DNA from: Squalus acanthias
Taxonomy: Eukaryota
Direction of reading: 5' to 3'
DNA: 64,000 nucleotides
NCBI GenBank assembly: GCA_030390025.1
Contig: CM059432.1
Coordinates: forward strand, 137,890,001-137,954,000
A program made the position numbers and the translations under genes. Below, piece after piece: positions 1 to 12,817 of this stretch. The first letter of the stretch is position 1, and each line of letters starts with the position of its first letter. The notes under the pieces were generated by a model that was given only the letters and a program-made list of their open reading frames with translations, was not told the origin of the DNA and ran no database searches.

Positions 1-166
1 ATTATCACATTGCTGTTTGTGGGACCTTGCCGTGCACAAATTGGCTGCTACATTTCCCACATTACAACAGTGACTACACTTCAAAATGTACTTCATTGGT
101 TGTAAAGCACTTAGAGACGTCCTGAGGTCGTGAAAGACGCTATATAAATACAAGTCTTTTTTTTTG
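1..166 (+). mobile_element. 3' part of Deu-domain tRNA-SINE (SacSINE1-like)
   Basis: Matches the 3' half and tail of fuller copies at 862, 2850 and (reverse) 27865 and 60340. Confidence 0.8.
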
Positions 167-184
167 CCAATCCTCCTACTTTTG

Positions 185-600
185 TGTCATAAGCAAATTT
201 GGAGATATGTTTGAGTCCAAATTATCTATATATATATTGAGAACAGTGTGGATCCAACACTCTGCTGTACACTCCAGTCCAAGTAACACCAATTTGTTCT
301 CTCTATTTCCTTTCCATCAACAAACATTCAATCCATGCTTGTACATTTCCTCTTACACCATATGCCTGAATATTGCTAACAAGCCTCTTTTGAGACACCT
401 TATCAAACGCCTTTTGAAAATTGATATCCCTTGATATCCAAGCGGCCACATCTTCAAAATAACTCTGTTAAATTTGTCAAACACAACTTGCCTTAAATAA
501 ATCCATGTTGGTTGTGCTTGATCAATCCATGCATTTCTAAATGCTCACTAATTTTATATCAGATTATAGATTCTAAAAGTTTGCCCAGAACTGATATTAG
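185..600 (-). mobile_element. Decayed CR1 LINE RT fragment
   Basis: Reverse strand resembles the CR1 RT stretches at 7024-7430 and 29300-29700 ([14 protein letters not shown], SKFA motifs); many lesions. Confidence 0.6.
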
Positions 601-861
601 ACTTTGTACGTGAATTTCTGTAGGGTTTTCCCACTCGTATGTTGCAGATTCAATGACTGGTAGTTTTGCATGATTGATTTAGCGATGGCTATTGATAAAA
701 TCATCAGAATAGATACCACAACAGTGATACAAGTCACTGCACAAGTATGGAGGCGAGATCAAAAGAATCTGAAAGATCAGTTCAATGTTTATTTTTAAAT
801 AACAGCCAAATTTCACGGTGCTATAAAATAAGTTCCACCAACTGATTTGAGGCTTTTTGAG

Positions 862-863
862 AC

Positions 864-903
<40 letters not shown>

Positions 904-1270
904 GTGGGTTCAAATCCCACTCCAGAGACTTGAGCACAAAACCTAGGCTGACACTCCAGCGCAGTACTGAGGGAGTGCTGCCCTGTCTGAGGTGTCGTCT
1001 TTCCGAAGAGACGTTAAACCGAGGCCTTAGGTGGACATAAAAGATCCATGGCACTATTTCAAAGAAGAGCAGGCGAGCTCTCCCCGGTGTCCTGGCCAAT
1101 ATTTATCCCTCAACCAACATCAATAAAAACAGATTATCTCGTCATTTATCACAGTGCTATTTGTGGAACCTTGCTGTGTGCAAATTGGCTGTCACTTTTC
1201 CTACATTACAACTTCAAAAGTATTTCTTTGACTGGGATTTGGGATGTCCTGAGGTTGGTACTTTACAAAT
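862..1270 (+). mobile_element. Deu-domain tRNA-SINE (SacSINE1-like)
   Basis: A box GGCTCAGTAGG, B box GGTTCAAATCC, then Deu-like core AAAGATCCATGGCACT...GTGTCCTGGCCAA. Confidence 0.85.
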
Positions 1271-1904
1271 GACTCTATCGTTGTGCTTTTTGTGCAGGAC
1301 AATAAAGGTAGGTCTCTCGGCTAAGACAAATTTTCGGCAGTCATTTTAAGTCTGATGTTCAGTTGTCCGCATGAAAGAAAAGAAGTTGTATTGTGAATAA
1401 AAACAATCTCTTTCCTGTTTGTAACCAGATTACAGGCTGTTATAGAGCTGGGCCATTTTATGTCTGCACTCTTGGGGATGTACTGTGCACAAGAGAAAGG
1501 AACTATTTACATAACAAAAGGTACAATTTGGCCTGCTTTCAGTTTAATAAAGGGGAATTAAACACACAACAATCTCCATAGTTCATTAAATACAATGAAG
1601 TGTTCACAATACATGACTATTTTTGCATTTATGTTTTTAAAATGTTCTACGGTAATACACAGCTCGAGGTAAAAATCGGCTTTCTGTTTAGTTGCCTTTC
1701 CCCATGGAACTGTACCCTAGCTTCAGTCACTGCCATCAAGAGGAAAGGGAAACAATTGGAGAGGCAGAATGGAGGATATCTGCTTCAAACTTTGTATTTA
1801 TGAAATTAGAGTTCTGTTTGCATTGGCGAGATTTACACTGGTATAAATTGTATGATTTCAAAGATGGCCAATGTAAGCTTTCATAAAGCAACATAAATTT
1901 CTAC

Positions 1905-2380
1905 AGGTGCCTCATATACGTCCTTCAGATGAGACGTTAATCCGAGGCCCCGTCAGCTCTCAGGTGGACGTAAAAGATCCCATGGCACTATTTTGAAAAA
2001 GAGCAGGGGGAGTTATCCCTGTGTCTTGGCCAATATTTATCCCTCAATCAAACATCACTAAAACAGATTATCTGATCATTACCACATAGCTGTTTGTGGG
2101 ACCTTGCTGTGCACAAATTGGCTGTCGTTGTAATGTATTATCACATGGTTGTCACATGGTTTAGGATGAGCATGCTCAGTTTGGCATGGCCTAATAAAAC
2201 ACATGGGCTAGCAACTCATCGTGTCTCTGTCCTTCCTTTGTTTTACCCACATATATTACAGTCGCGTTTCTTACATTACAACAGTGACTACACTTCAAAA
2301 GTACTTCATTGGCTGTAAAGCGCTTTAGGACGTCCTGAGGTCGTGAAAGGCGCTATAAAAATGCAAGTTGTTTCTTTTTA
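1905..2380 (+). mobile_element. 5'-truncated Deu-SINE interrupted by a short solo LTR
   Basis: Same core and tail as the other copies; SINE sequence breaks at 2128 and resumes at 2261. Confidence 0.8.
2129..2260 (+). mobile_element. 132-bp solo LTR (probably Gypsy/BEL type)
   Basis: TGTAAT...ATTACA termini, internal AATAAA, 5-bp TSD GTCGT/GTCGC. Confidence 0.7.
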
Positions 2381-2849
2381 TGCAAAACACAGTGTGGAAG
2401 GAAAACATGGATGCCAAGCAGGAGGGAAAAAAAAGAAAAGAATTCAGAGGGCTGAGCTGAAAGCACAATCAAAGACAGAATTTTTAAGGAAAGTTTTGAA
2501 AGCAGGAAGCCAAGCAAAAGGACTTAGGGAGGGATAGTCTGAGGAAAAGTGTGTAATGGTTGAAAGATGATTGTGGATGGTGGAACAGGGAGAATAGGAT
2601 GGGGAGTAAACGGGTATCAAGAGAGGAGGATACATCTAGGGACATACGGCTAGAGCGATCAACTGAGGTAAGAAAGAACAAGGCCATGGAGGAATTAAAA
2701 TCGAGGATTCAGGTCTTAACATAAATTTGCTGGGGTACGGGGAGCCAGTAGATCTTGGCAAGGACAGGGTGATAGGACAGGGCTGATTACCCTCTTGGAA
2801 ACGGGAGATGAATGTCCCAGGCACTGTTGCCCGTAACTCAAGTGAAAAG

Positions 2850-3395
2850 TGTCAGCCGTGGCTCTGTGGATAGTACTCCTGCCTCTGAGTCAAAAGATTG
2901 TGGGTTCAAGTCCCACTCCGGAGACTTGATCACATAAATCTAGGCTGACACTCCAGTGCAGTACTGTGGGAGTGCTATACCGTTAGAGGTGCCGTCTTTC
3001 GGCTGAGATGTTAAGCCGAGGTCCCGTCTGCCCTCCTCAGATGGATGTAAAAAGATCCTGTGGCACTATTTCAAAGAAGAGCAGGGGAGTTATCTCTGGT
3101 GTTCTGGCCAATATTTATTCCTCAATCAACGTCACTAAAAAATAGATTATCTGGTCATTGTCACATTGCTGTTTGTGGGAGTTTGCTGCCGTGTTTCCTA
3201 CATTACAACAGTGACTACACTTCAAAAGTATTGGACTCATCAGTCACCTGAGAACTCATTTTTAGTGTGGAAGCAAGTCATCCTCGGTTCCAAGGGACTG
3301 CCTAAGAGAGAGAGAGACTTGATTGGCTGTAAAGTGCTTTGGGACATCCTGAGGTTATGGAAGGTGCTATATAAATACAAGTCTTTCTTTCTTCC
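2850..3395 (+). mobile_element. Near full-length Deu-SINE with an RTE tail inserted
   Basis: tRNA head, Deu core and tail; interrupted at 3230-3317. Confidence 0.85.
3230..3317 (+). mobile_element. Extreme 3' end of RTE LINE (about 88 bp)
   Basis: Near identical to 53366-53452, but with an (AG)n tail instead of (AAG)n. Confidence 0.85.
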
Positions 3396-3529
3396 TTGGA
3401 GCTTAATTTCCTTTCCCACTGAGCACATATGATCTATCTATGGGACCTATCCAACCCCACACTTAAACAGTCACGACCAGTGCGCTTTGAGTACTTACAG
3501 CAGTGCCAGTAAGACTGAACCCTCACAGC

Positions 3530-3832
3530 CTGTTGTTGTCTTTCAGATAGAGCCAAGGCCTTGTCCATCTGTTGCGTGGATGTAAAAGATCCCGTGGCAC
3601 TATTTGAAGACGAGCAGGGGAATTATCCTGGTCAACATTTATCTCTCATTCAATACCTCCAAAGACAGAGTAACTGATCACTTATTTCATTGTTGTTTGT
3701 GGAATCCTGCTGTGCGGAAATTGGCCACTGCTTTTGCCTACAAAGCAACAGTGACGACACTTCAAAAGTTATTCTTTGGTATGTCCTGAGGATATTAAAA
3801 GGTGCTGCATAAATGTAAGTACTTTCCTTCTT
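3530..3832 (+). mobile_element. Decayed Deu-SINE
   Basis: GTAAAAGATCCCGTGGCACTATT core and tail remnants. Confidence 0.65.
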
Positions 3833-3884
3833 TGACTAGAAACATACTAATCTAGGAAGCAGTCATGGATACATGCTAAAAAGT

Positions 3885-4160
3885 GCCTCATCTCACCTCT
3901 GTCTCATCTCCATTGTTTGGTGGCCTGTAAGGCACACCTAGAATTGTACAATTCCCCTTCCTATTTCTTAACTCTAACCATATAGAGTCTGTCTTCATGC
4001 AACGCCCTACGAGAATTGAGATGGCTGCTTTATTGTACCAGTCAGACTGGACCCACATGGCCTCTCGCTGTTTATTGAATGATAGTAATTGAAGAGTGAG
4101 CAGAGAAGGGGACACAGCAGGAGGGGGAGAGAAGCGGTATTTTACTATCAGGGGAGAATA
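3885..4160 (-). mobile_element. CR1 endonuclease-domain fragment
   Basis: Translation DSIWLELRNRKGNCTILGVPYRPPN is typical of CR1 APE domains. Confidence 0.7.
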
Positions 4161-6120
4161 TAATGTCTGGGTAAATGCGACACTCTATGGTAGAGGTTTG
4201 GTATCTCTCTGCATATATTCAATATAAACCACAAACATTTTTTGGTTGCTAATTCCATGCAACAATGAGTGTGGTCACTATTTTCTGACTCAAATTTCCG
4301 AACATCCATTTTCGAAACTTAATCTCACAAACATAGTATTACATCGGCCACAATATTTATGGGGAGGCGGGGAGGAAGCGGGGCGCCTGTCAACTGCCAG
4401 GAAACCCGGCAATCCTGGGAACGTGGAGCTAATGTCGAATTTAACGGCAAGACTTCATTACAATTTCTTTACTCCAGTTTCCTGCCCAGCAGCCGGCCAG
4501 GTTGAAGGCTGGCAAGTGGGAAAGCCTGCGACACAAAGCAGCAGCCGGCAACCGCTGGGGATGGTCCCCGACAATTGAGAAGATCGGGGGGTCGGTTCGA
4601 GTGGGCTCAGATCGCGGTGGGAAGAGAGATCACGCGGGCTCGGAGTGTGGGGGGAATTGATCGCGGGGGGGGGGGGGAAGAGAGATCACGGGGGAAGAGA
4701 TCTCGGGGGAAGAGAAATTGTAGGGTCTTGGAGTGCGGGGGGAAGTGATCGCGGGGAAGAGAGATCTCGGGGGAAGAGATCACGGGGAAGAGAGATCTCG
4801 GGGAAGAGAGATCATGAGTGCTCAGAATGCGGAGGGCTGTGTTAATCGCATGGAGGGGATTGATCGTGGCTAGCTAGCTTGGGGGGCCGGGAGGAAGTGC
4901 TCCTGCTCCTCCTGCCCCACAAGCAGTGCTGGCAAAGCACTTACCCGACCCACAGCCACTAAATTGAAATGGTTCCCAAAATCTGAGGAATGCAGCTTCA
5001 GTTAAATATCATAAGTGAATACACTAATCCTTATTCTCCACTACTCATCATCCTTCCTGCTTTCCTGCCGCCGCGCAAGGCTTGACTCGCTCCGAAATAA
5101 TTCCACAGCTTCCCTCTGTGCCTCTCTTGGCATCTTTCGAAAGGCCCACCGAGGTACTCGTCGCTGCCTCCTAGCTAGCAGCAGCCCAAGTTATCCCCAT
5201 CTTACTCTCTCCCCGCCCTAAGCACCTGCTGCGAGCTAATCTCGCCAACCTCCTCCCTGTCCCTCCCTGCTCTGCCCCTCTGGACTCCGCCAGTAAATTG
5301 GGCATCATCACCCCTCTCCGCATTTCCCTTCAAAATGTCCGTTCACTTGTAAATAAGGGCCTTGCCATCCATGACCTTATTGTGGACAATTGACATCATG
5401 GTATTGACAGAGACATGGTTGAGGGGTGATGAGACCTTTCCCCTTAATGAAGCTTTCCCACCTGGCTATACCTTCTACCATATTACAAGCCCAAACCGCC
5501 CTGGTGGTGGTGTAGATCTTTTCTCTAAATCACACCTTAGTCTGTCTCCCTACTCCTCCAGCAACTTTTCCTCCTTTGAGCATCTCACCTTGTTCCACCC
5601 CTCACGTCTCTCTTTTAAAATCCTTATTCTGTACCGCACACCCAAATACCACGCCAATTTTCTCAATTAGATATCTTCTCTGCTTTCCTCCCTCTGCCTC
5701 TGCATCAAGCGACTTCTCATCTTCGGTGATTTCAACCTTCACCTCATCTCTTCTTGCTCCCTAATCCTCTGAGTTCACTGCACTCCTTTCCTCCCTTAAT
5801 CTCTCCCTTTATGCCAACAGCCCCACCCATATACACGGCCACCCCCTCGATCTTATCATCTCACGTGGCCTCGCTATCCCCTCCGTAACCATCACCGATA
5901 AGGCAATCTCCGACCATTTGCTTATACCACTCTCTACCCATATTCGACTTCCCCCTCCTAAACCTTCTTTTTTTCATATCCGCCCCTGGAAAAAACTCTC
6001 CCTCAAGTCCCTGACGACTGCACTTTCTAATTCCCACTACCTAGCCTTTGGCCTACAATTCTTCAGGACAACTCTGCAGCTACTGACTTACTAAATCACA
6101 CCCTCTCCACCACCTTTGAT

Positions 6121-7430
6121 TACATAGGATTACATAGGATATACGGCACAGAAACAGGCCATTCGGCCCAACCAGTCCATGCCGGTGATTATGCTCCACT
6201 CGAGCCTCCTCCCGTCTTTCCTCATCTCAATCTATCACCATAATCCTCTATTCCCTTCTCCCTCATATACTTATCGAGTCTCCTCTTAAATGCATCTATA
6301 CTATTCGCTTCAACTACTCCCTGTGGCAGCGAGTTCCACATTCTCACCACTCTTTGGGTAAAGAAGTTTCTTCTGAATTCCCCATTGGATTTCTTGTTGA
6401 CTATCTTATATTGATGGCCTCTAGTTTTGCTCTTCCCCACAAGTGGAAACATTCTCTCTGTATCCACTCTATCAAAACCTTTCATAATTTTAAAGACCTC
6501 TATTAGGTCACCCCTCAGCCTTCTTTTTTCAAGAGAAAAGAGACCCAGCCTGTTCATCCTTTCCTGATATATATACACTCGCATTTCTGGTATCATCCTT
6601 GTAAATCTTCTCTGCACCCTCTCCAGTGCCTCTATATCCTTTTTATAATATGGCGACCAGAACTGTACGCAGTACGCCAAGTGTGGTCTAACCAAGGTTC
6701 AATATAGGTTTAGCATAACTTCCCTACTTTTCAATTCTATCCCTCTAGAAATAAACCCTAGTGCTTGGTTTGCTTTTTTTATGGCCTTGCTAAACTGTGT
6801 CGCAACTTTTAGTGATTTGTGTATTTGTACTCCTAGATCCCTTTGCTCCTCTACTCCACCTAGACTCGCACCCTCCAAGTGATAAGTGACCTCCCTATTC
6901 TTCCTACCAAAATGCAATACCTCACATTTATCTGTGTTGAACATCATTTGCTTATATATGCCCATTCTGCAAGTTTATTAATGTCCTCCTGTAATTTGTT
7001 GCAGTCTTCCTCAGTATTGACTATCACCCCAATTTGGTGTCATCCGCAAATTTAGAAATTGTGTTATTGATTCCTAAGTCTAAATCATTAATGTAAATTG
7101 TGAACAGCAGTGGTCCCAGCACTGATCCTTGTGGAACACCACTACCCACCTTCTGCCACTGTGAATAGCTACCCTTTACTCCTACTCTCTGCTTTCTGTC
7201 CTGAAGCCAGCCAGCAATCCATTCTGTTACTTGTCCCCTGACTCCGCATTCTCTGACCTTGTTCATGAGTCTATTATGGGGTACCTTATCGAAGGCCTTT
7301 TGAAAATCCAGATAAATTACATCTACTACGATACCATTGTCTACTCTCTCTGTTACCTCTTCAAAAAAATTCAATAAGGTTGGTCAAGCAAGACTTTCCC
7401 TTTTGAAATCCATGTTGACTATTCATTATT
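6121..7430 (-). mobile_element. 5'-truncated CR1 LINE
   Basis: [20 protein letters not shown] and FADDTK motifs; (TAATCCTATG)n tail; has a stop and a frameshift. Confidence 0.95.
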
Positions 7431-9632
7431 GTCCCCACTAAAATCATTACACTCTTTCACCCTAGTCGTTCCCCCAGGTATACCCCTCATCTCCGCTCCC
7501 TTAAGTCCAAGGGACGCAGACTTCAACGTCTTTGGTGGACAACTGGTCTAATCGTCCATCACCAGATTTGGCTAGATGATATAAAGCGCTACCGGGTCCT
7601 GCTCTCCATCACTAAAACCGTCCACTATTCTAAGATCATCCAGGACGGCAAAAATAACAGGCAAAAATAACACCTGGCTTCTCTTCTCCACCACTAACTG
7701 TCTTCACAAACCACCCTCCCCTGCCTCCTCCTCCCTCACCTCCAACAATAAATGTGAGGAACTCATGGACTTTTTGTTAAAAAGATCGACAACATCCGGT
7801 CAACTGCTTCTGCTTTCAATTCCCTCCCTTCCCCTAGCCCTAGGATTTTACTTCTTCTCCGTTTCCCCCCTGCCCTAACCCTAAATTTGTATATTTCTCT
7901 AATTTCTCTTCGATCTCCCCTCTTGCCCTTTCAAAGCTCATCTTGTCAATGAGACCGACCTCCTGCTCTCTCGACCCTATTCCTACTAAATTGCTGAAAA
8001 CCCAACCTTCCTGGCTCCCATGTTCGCGGATATTGTTAACGGTTCTCTCTCCTCAGGTATTGTCCCCCTTTCCTTCAAATCTGCCGTCATCAGCTCTCTC
8101 CTCAAAAAGCCAACCCTTGACCCCTCCGTCCTTGCAAACTATCACCCCCATCTCCAACCTCACTTTCCTCTCCAAAGTTCTTGTTGTTGCCTCCCAAATC
8201 CGTGCCCATCTTTCCCAGAACTCCTTGTTTGAATCCCTCCAATCAGCCTTCGCCCCAGCCACAGTATTGAAACTGCTCTTACCAAGGTCACAAATAACAT
8301 CCTAATTGACTGCGACAAAGGTAATCTATCCCTTCTCGTCCTTCTGGACCTGTCTGCAGCCTTTGACACGGTTGACCACAAAATTCTGCTCCAACACCTC
8401 TCCACCGTCATCCAGCTGGATGGGACTCCACTCTCCTGCTTCCATTCCTATCTTCCCAGCCGTACATGCACGCAGATAATACCCAGCTCTACCTCCCCAT
8501 CAACTCTCTCAAACCCTCCACCGTCTCTATACTATCAGACTGCTTGTCCGACATCCAGCACTGGATGAGTAGAAATTTTCTCCAATTAAATATTGGGAAG
8601 AGTGAAGACATTAACTTCGGTTCACACCACCAACTCCGTTCCCTTTCCACTGATTCAATCTCTCTCCCCGGCAACGGTCTAAGGCTCACCAAGTCTGTTT
8701 GCAACCTTGATGACATATTTGATCACGAATTGAGCTTCCGACCTCATCTCCGTTCTATCACTAAGACCGCCCATTTCCACCTTCATAATATCGCCTGTCT
8801 CCACCCTTACCTTAACTTATCTGCTGCCGAAACCCACATCCATGCCTTTATCACCTCTAGACTTGACTATTCCAAAGCACTCCTGGCTGGCCTCCCTAGT
8901 TCTCCATAAAATTAAGGTCATCCAAAACTCTGCTGCCCCTGTACTAACTCCCACCAAGTCCCGCTCACCTATCTACGCTGTGCTTGCTGACCTATATTTG
9001 CTCCCAGTTAAGCAAATCCTCGATTTTAAAATTCTCATCCTTGTTTTCAAATCCCTCCATGGCCTCGCCCCTCCCTATCTCTGTAATCTCCTCCAGCCCT
9101 ATAATTCCCTTATACCTCTGCGCTCCGCTTATTCTGGCCTTTTGAACACCCTGGGGGAGAAATTCGTTTGGTTAGCGCCTCCCATTAGCACCTGGCGAGG
9201 GCGCTAACGGGGCGCTAATGCAGTAGCGCCGGGATGAGGCGAATCCAGCGGCACATGCCCCTTAGCGCAGCCGCTACAGTTAGCACCTGGGGCTTTAGCG
9301 CCAGGCAGATCATGACGTCAGTGAGCGTGCAACGCTCACTCAGCGCACGATCTGCCAAATTGATTATCGCCCCCTGCCTTAGCGCCTCGCCCCGACAACG
9401 ACAGGAAGAAGAGGCGTGAAGCAGGCAGATGGTGGCTCCAGGGGTGATATTTAAAGGGATGAGTTGCAGCTGTGAAATTAGTGCTGTTTCACTGCTTTCT
9501 TGTCAGTTTGCGATTCTGCAAGTGTTTAATTCAGTCATTGAAAGGTTCTTTAGTATCAGGAGTGTTGTGGCTACTAAAAATTTGTTACATTTATTTTGAC
9601 AAAATTTCAAAGTGCTACACATCATTACATTA

Positions 9633-10803
9633 ATGAGGGCTGTACTGGCAGTCGACCTGGCCCTCCAGGATCTACAGTAGAGGAAGCGGAGGCAGCGAGA
9701 AAGACTGGAGCATGTGGTCAGAGGGAGAAGGAGGGCCATCAGGGCTCTCAACAGGAGGCCTTACCCTCCGAGGGTATTCCGAGAGCACTTCTCCTACCTC
9801 TAATTAAGCGAGGAGCAGTGTATTAGATGGCTCCACTTCAGCAAGAGGTGGTCACAGAACTCTGTCACTTCCTGTGACCAGACCTCGAGCCTCAGATCAG
9901 GTCAACCACGACTCTCTCAGTGGCTGTCAAGGTCACTGTCGCCCTCAATTTCTTCGCCTGCGGTTCCTTCCAGTCTGCAACAGGAGATATAGTGAACATC
10001 TCGCAGTTCGGGAGGTCACAGAGGTTCTCTACAGTAGGAGAAGGGATTACATTTCCTTCCCCATCACCAGAGAGAAACAGGACGAACGTGCATGTGGCTT
10101 TGCCAGGATAGCCGGATTCCCCATGGTGCAGGGCACCATTGACTGCACCCATGTGGCTTTGCGGGCACCGCATAACAATCCTGAGATCTTCCGTAACTGC
10201 AAAGGCTAGCACTCACTTAATGTGCAGTTGGTGTGCGACCACAGACAGCGAATCCTCACTGTCAATGCCCGCTATCCTGGCAGCAGCCACGATGCCTTCA
10301 TCCCGCGCTAGACCGGTGTGCCAGCACTCTTCCAGCCACCACATTAAGTTCACAGCTGGCTGGTCGGAGACAAGGGCTATCCGCTCTCCACCTGGCTCAT
10401 GACTCCCCTCCGCAACCTCAACACTCCTGCCCAGCACTCATATAATGAGAGCCATGCTGCCACCAGGAACATCATTGAGCAGACCATCGGGGTGCTCAAG
10501 CAATGGTTCCACTGCCTTGACCGCTCGGGAGGAGCCCTCCAGTACTCGGCTGAGCGGGTGTCCCATTTCGTGGTGGTCTGCTGCATGCTCCACAACTTGG
10601 CCATCATGAGGGCCCAGCCCTTGCCACCAGGAATTGCGGGACCACCTCAGGAGGAGGAAGAGGGAGAGGGGGAGGAGGATGAGGAGGAGGAGTAAGAGAA
10701 AGACGAGGAGGAGGAGGAACAGGAGCGAGGGAGGAGGCAGCCACTCAATCGGCCTTCCAGAAGGGCGGTCCGTGACCACCTCATCAGACTGCGGTTCCAA
10801 TAA
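9633..10803 (+). pseudogene. Harbinger (HARBI1-like) DDE transposase pseudogene
   Basis: [28 protein letters not shown] and CCMLHN motifs, acidic tail; multiple stops and frameshifts. Confidence 0.92.
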
Positions 10804-10967
10804 ATTAAACCCCAGATCCCCGTTGCTAACCACATCCCCATCATTCCATCCCTGTCACAGGCCATATCACAGCGCAAAGCTGAAATGAGAGACACCACAA
10901 AATCATTCCAAGCCAATTAATAAATTATCAATAATCAGTGAATACATATTTACAACAACAATATTAG

Positions 10968-12817
10968 CTATTCACCCTTGTGCAATCCCTTAGTGCCCCT
11001 CGTTACTGTGCCTTTGCCTACTCTAGTGCTCCTACGAAGTATTGGCCCAGTGGCTGCAGCACGGCTGGTGGAAGGCTGCTGATTGTCCGTGCAGGAGACT
11101 TCAGATGGCCTTGCAGGACGCCCTCGATCAGCTCTGGGCCTCGAAGGCCCGGCTCTAGACTGCACCACCTCAGCATGGGCGGCAGCAGTCTAGACTGGCT
11201 GGATGACAGACAGTAACAAGGGCAATGGCAGAGTGCCAGTGGTGGGAGCAGGAATGCTATTATACTGAGAGAGGGGCAGCAGCTCAGCATCACTACCAAT
11301 CTGCTGGAGCACAGATTGCTGGCCTGCTGCGACACCATGAAAGCCCCGGTCGATGGTGGTAGACCCAGCCACAGTGGCAGCAGTCAGAGCTTGCGTGGCA
11401 TCAAGCTGAGACTGCATGAGAGCAGTCTGAGAATCGATGGCACCAAGCATAGACTGCATTACAGCACTAAGACGTTGCGTCACTTCCGCCTGTGCTGCAC
11501 TGGAAGCTGCCAGATCGCCCATCACACGCGGCATCAGGTCTGGGTCACCACGGTCTCTCTGGGAGTCTACCATAATTTGCAGACTGCAAATGATGGGCTC
11601 CATGGTGTGCACAGAACCTTGTGCAATGTTGGAGGCGGACTCCTCCACACTCCTTACCATTGTCGAGAGGCTTTCCGGCACCCTTGCCATTGCACCTATC
11701 ATCTCTGTGTCTAAAGGCCCCTCCCAGCACGGTCCTCATCTGAGTCCTGTGCAGCAGAACTCATGTGCGAACTCACCCTCTGGGGAGCTGGCCCCCGAGC
11801 TATCCTTTCTCCCTGGCCTTGCTGTAGCTCGCTCGTCCCCGGTGCATCACCCTGTGTAGATCCCACTACTATACTAGCCTCTAAAGAACGCGTAGTGCCA
11901 GTCTCTGAGCTGGTGTCTGCAGGTGAGACATGCAGTGACGCGGTGTGTTCCTTCCTCCTCCTCGTCTCCTGCTTCACTCTCAATGGTGCCCTCAGGGACA
12001 GGCTCCTCAGCTGCTTGCTCATTATCTGAAAGCATAAAAGCACAAGAGTCGGGTTAAGGTGAGGGGAGGGGGGCAGGAAGGGAGAAATGCATGGAGACAG
12101 CATGATTAGCTGGAAAGTGGGAAAGGCTTGTTGGGTGAGGGGGAAGTGGGATGTGAGAAGAAGGAGTAGGGATGAACATACCGTTGTTGTCCCCAAGGGG
12201 GGTCAACGTCACTGGTGGCCACGGCGCTCGCTACCTGGCACCCAATAATCTGCAGCACTCTATTCTCCAGCGCAGACAGTGGTTGGGTGTCAGGTTGTCC
12301 CCCGCCTGTGCGCTCCTGCCCCCTCCTGTTGTGAGCCACCTTGGCCTGCAAGAGAAAGGAAAGTGTGTGAATGAGTGTGGAGCAATGTGTTTGGGTGATG
12401 TGCCTGCCATAGTTGAATAGCTGTCATTGTGTGCAAGGTGTGAGATGTGGGTATCAGTGTTGGTAGGTAGAGATTGTTGGTGGGTGAGTGCTGGGGGTGT
12501 GGTGCTTTGGCCAGTGTGTGAAGCCTGTGGTTCAGATGGTGGTATTTAGCGTTTGTTGAAGCATTCACTCACTCTGACCACCCGAGTGAGGTCGTTAAAT
12601 TTCTTCCTGCACTGTGTGTTTGGGTCCTGGGGACCACAGTGCTGCCCGAGACATGCCGCGCTACCTCCCTCCACATGGTGCGGAAGACTTGCGGCGCGGG
12701 CCTCCTGCCACTTGCTGGGTACAGCACCACCCTCCGTCTCTCCACAGCGAAGACCAATGCCTCCAATGCCTGGTGGCAGAATCTGCGGGCTCTCTCCCTG
12801 GGCCGTTGATCTGCCAT
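10968..12817 (-). pseudogene. Harbinger Myb/SANT-like DNA-binding gene, 3 exons, disrupted
   Basis: Exon 1 RARRF..LEALV..W..VA..CRKKFNDL (~12572-12817), exon 2 KVAHN..TGGG (~12182-12345), exon 3 to 10968; GT/AG sites; frameshifts. Confidence 0.85.

Noticed and set aside
862..925. tRNA-like sequences (also at 2860, 23123, 45850, 51599, 58056)
   Set aside because: They are SINE or LINE heads continuing into repeat bodies, not standalone tRNA genes
4600..4820. Spaced GGGGAAGAGAGATC repeats resembling an array
   Set aside because: Degenerate tandem repeat inside a MITE; no unique spacers or cas genes, and eukaryotic context
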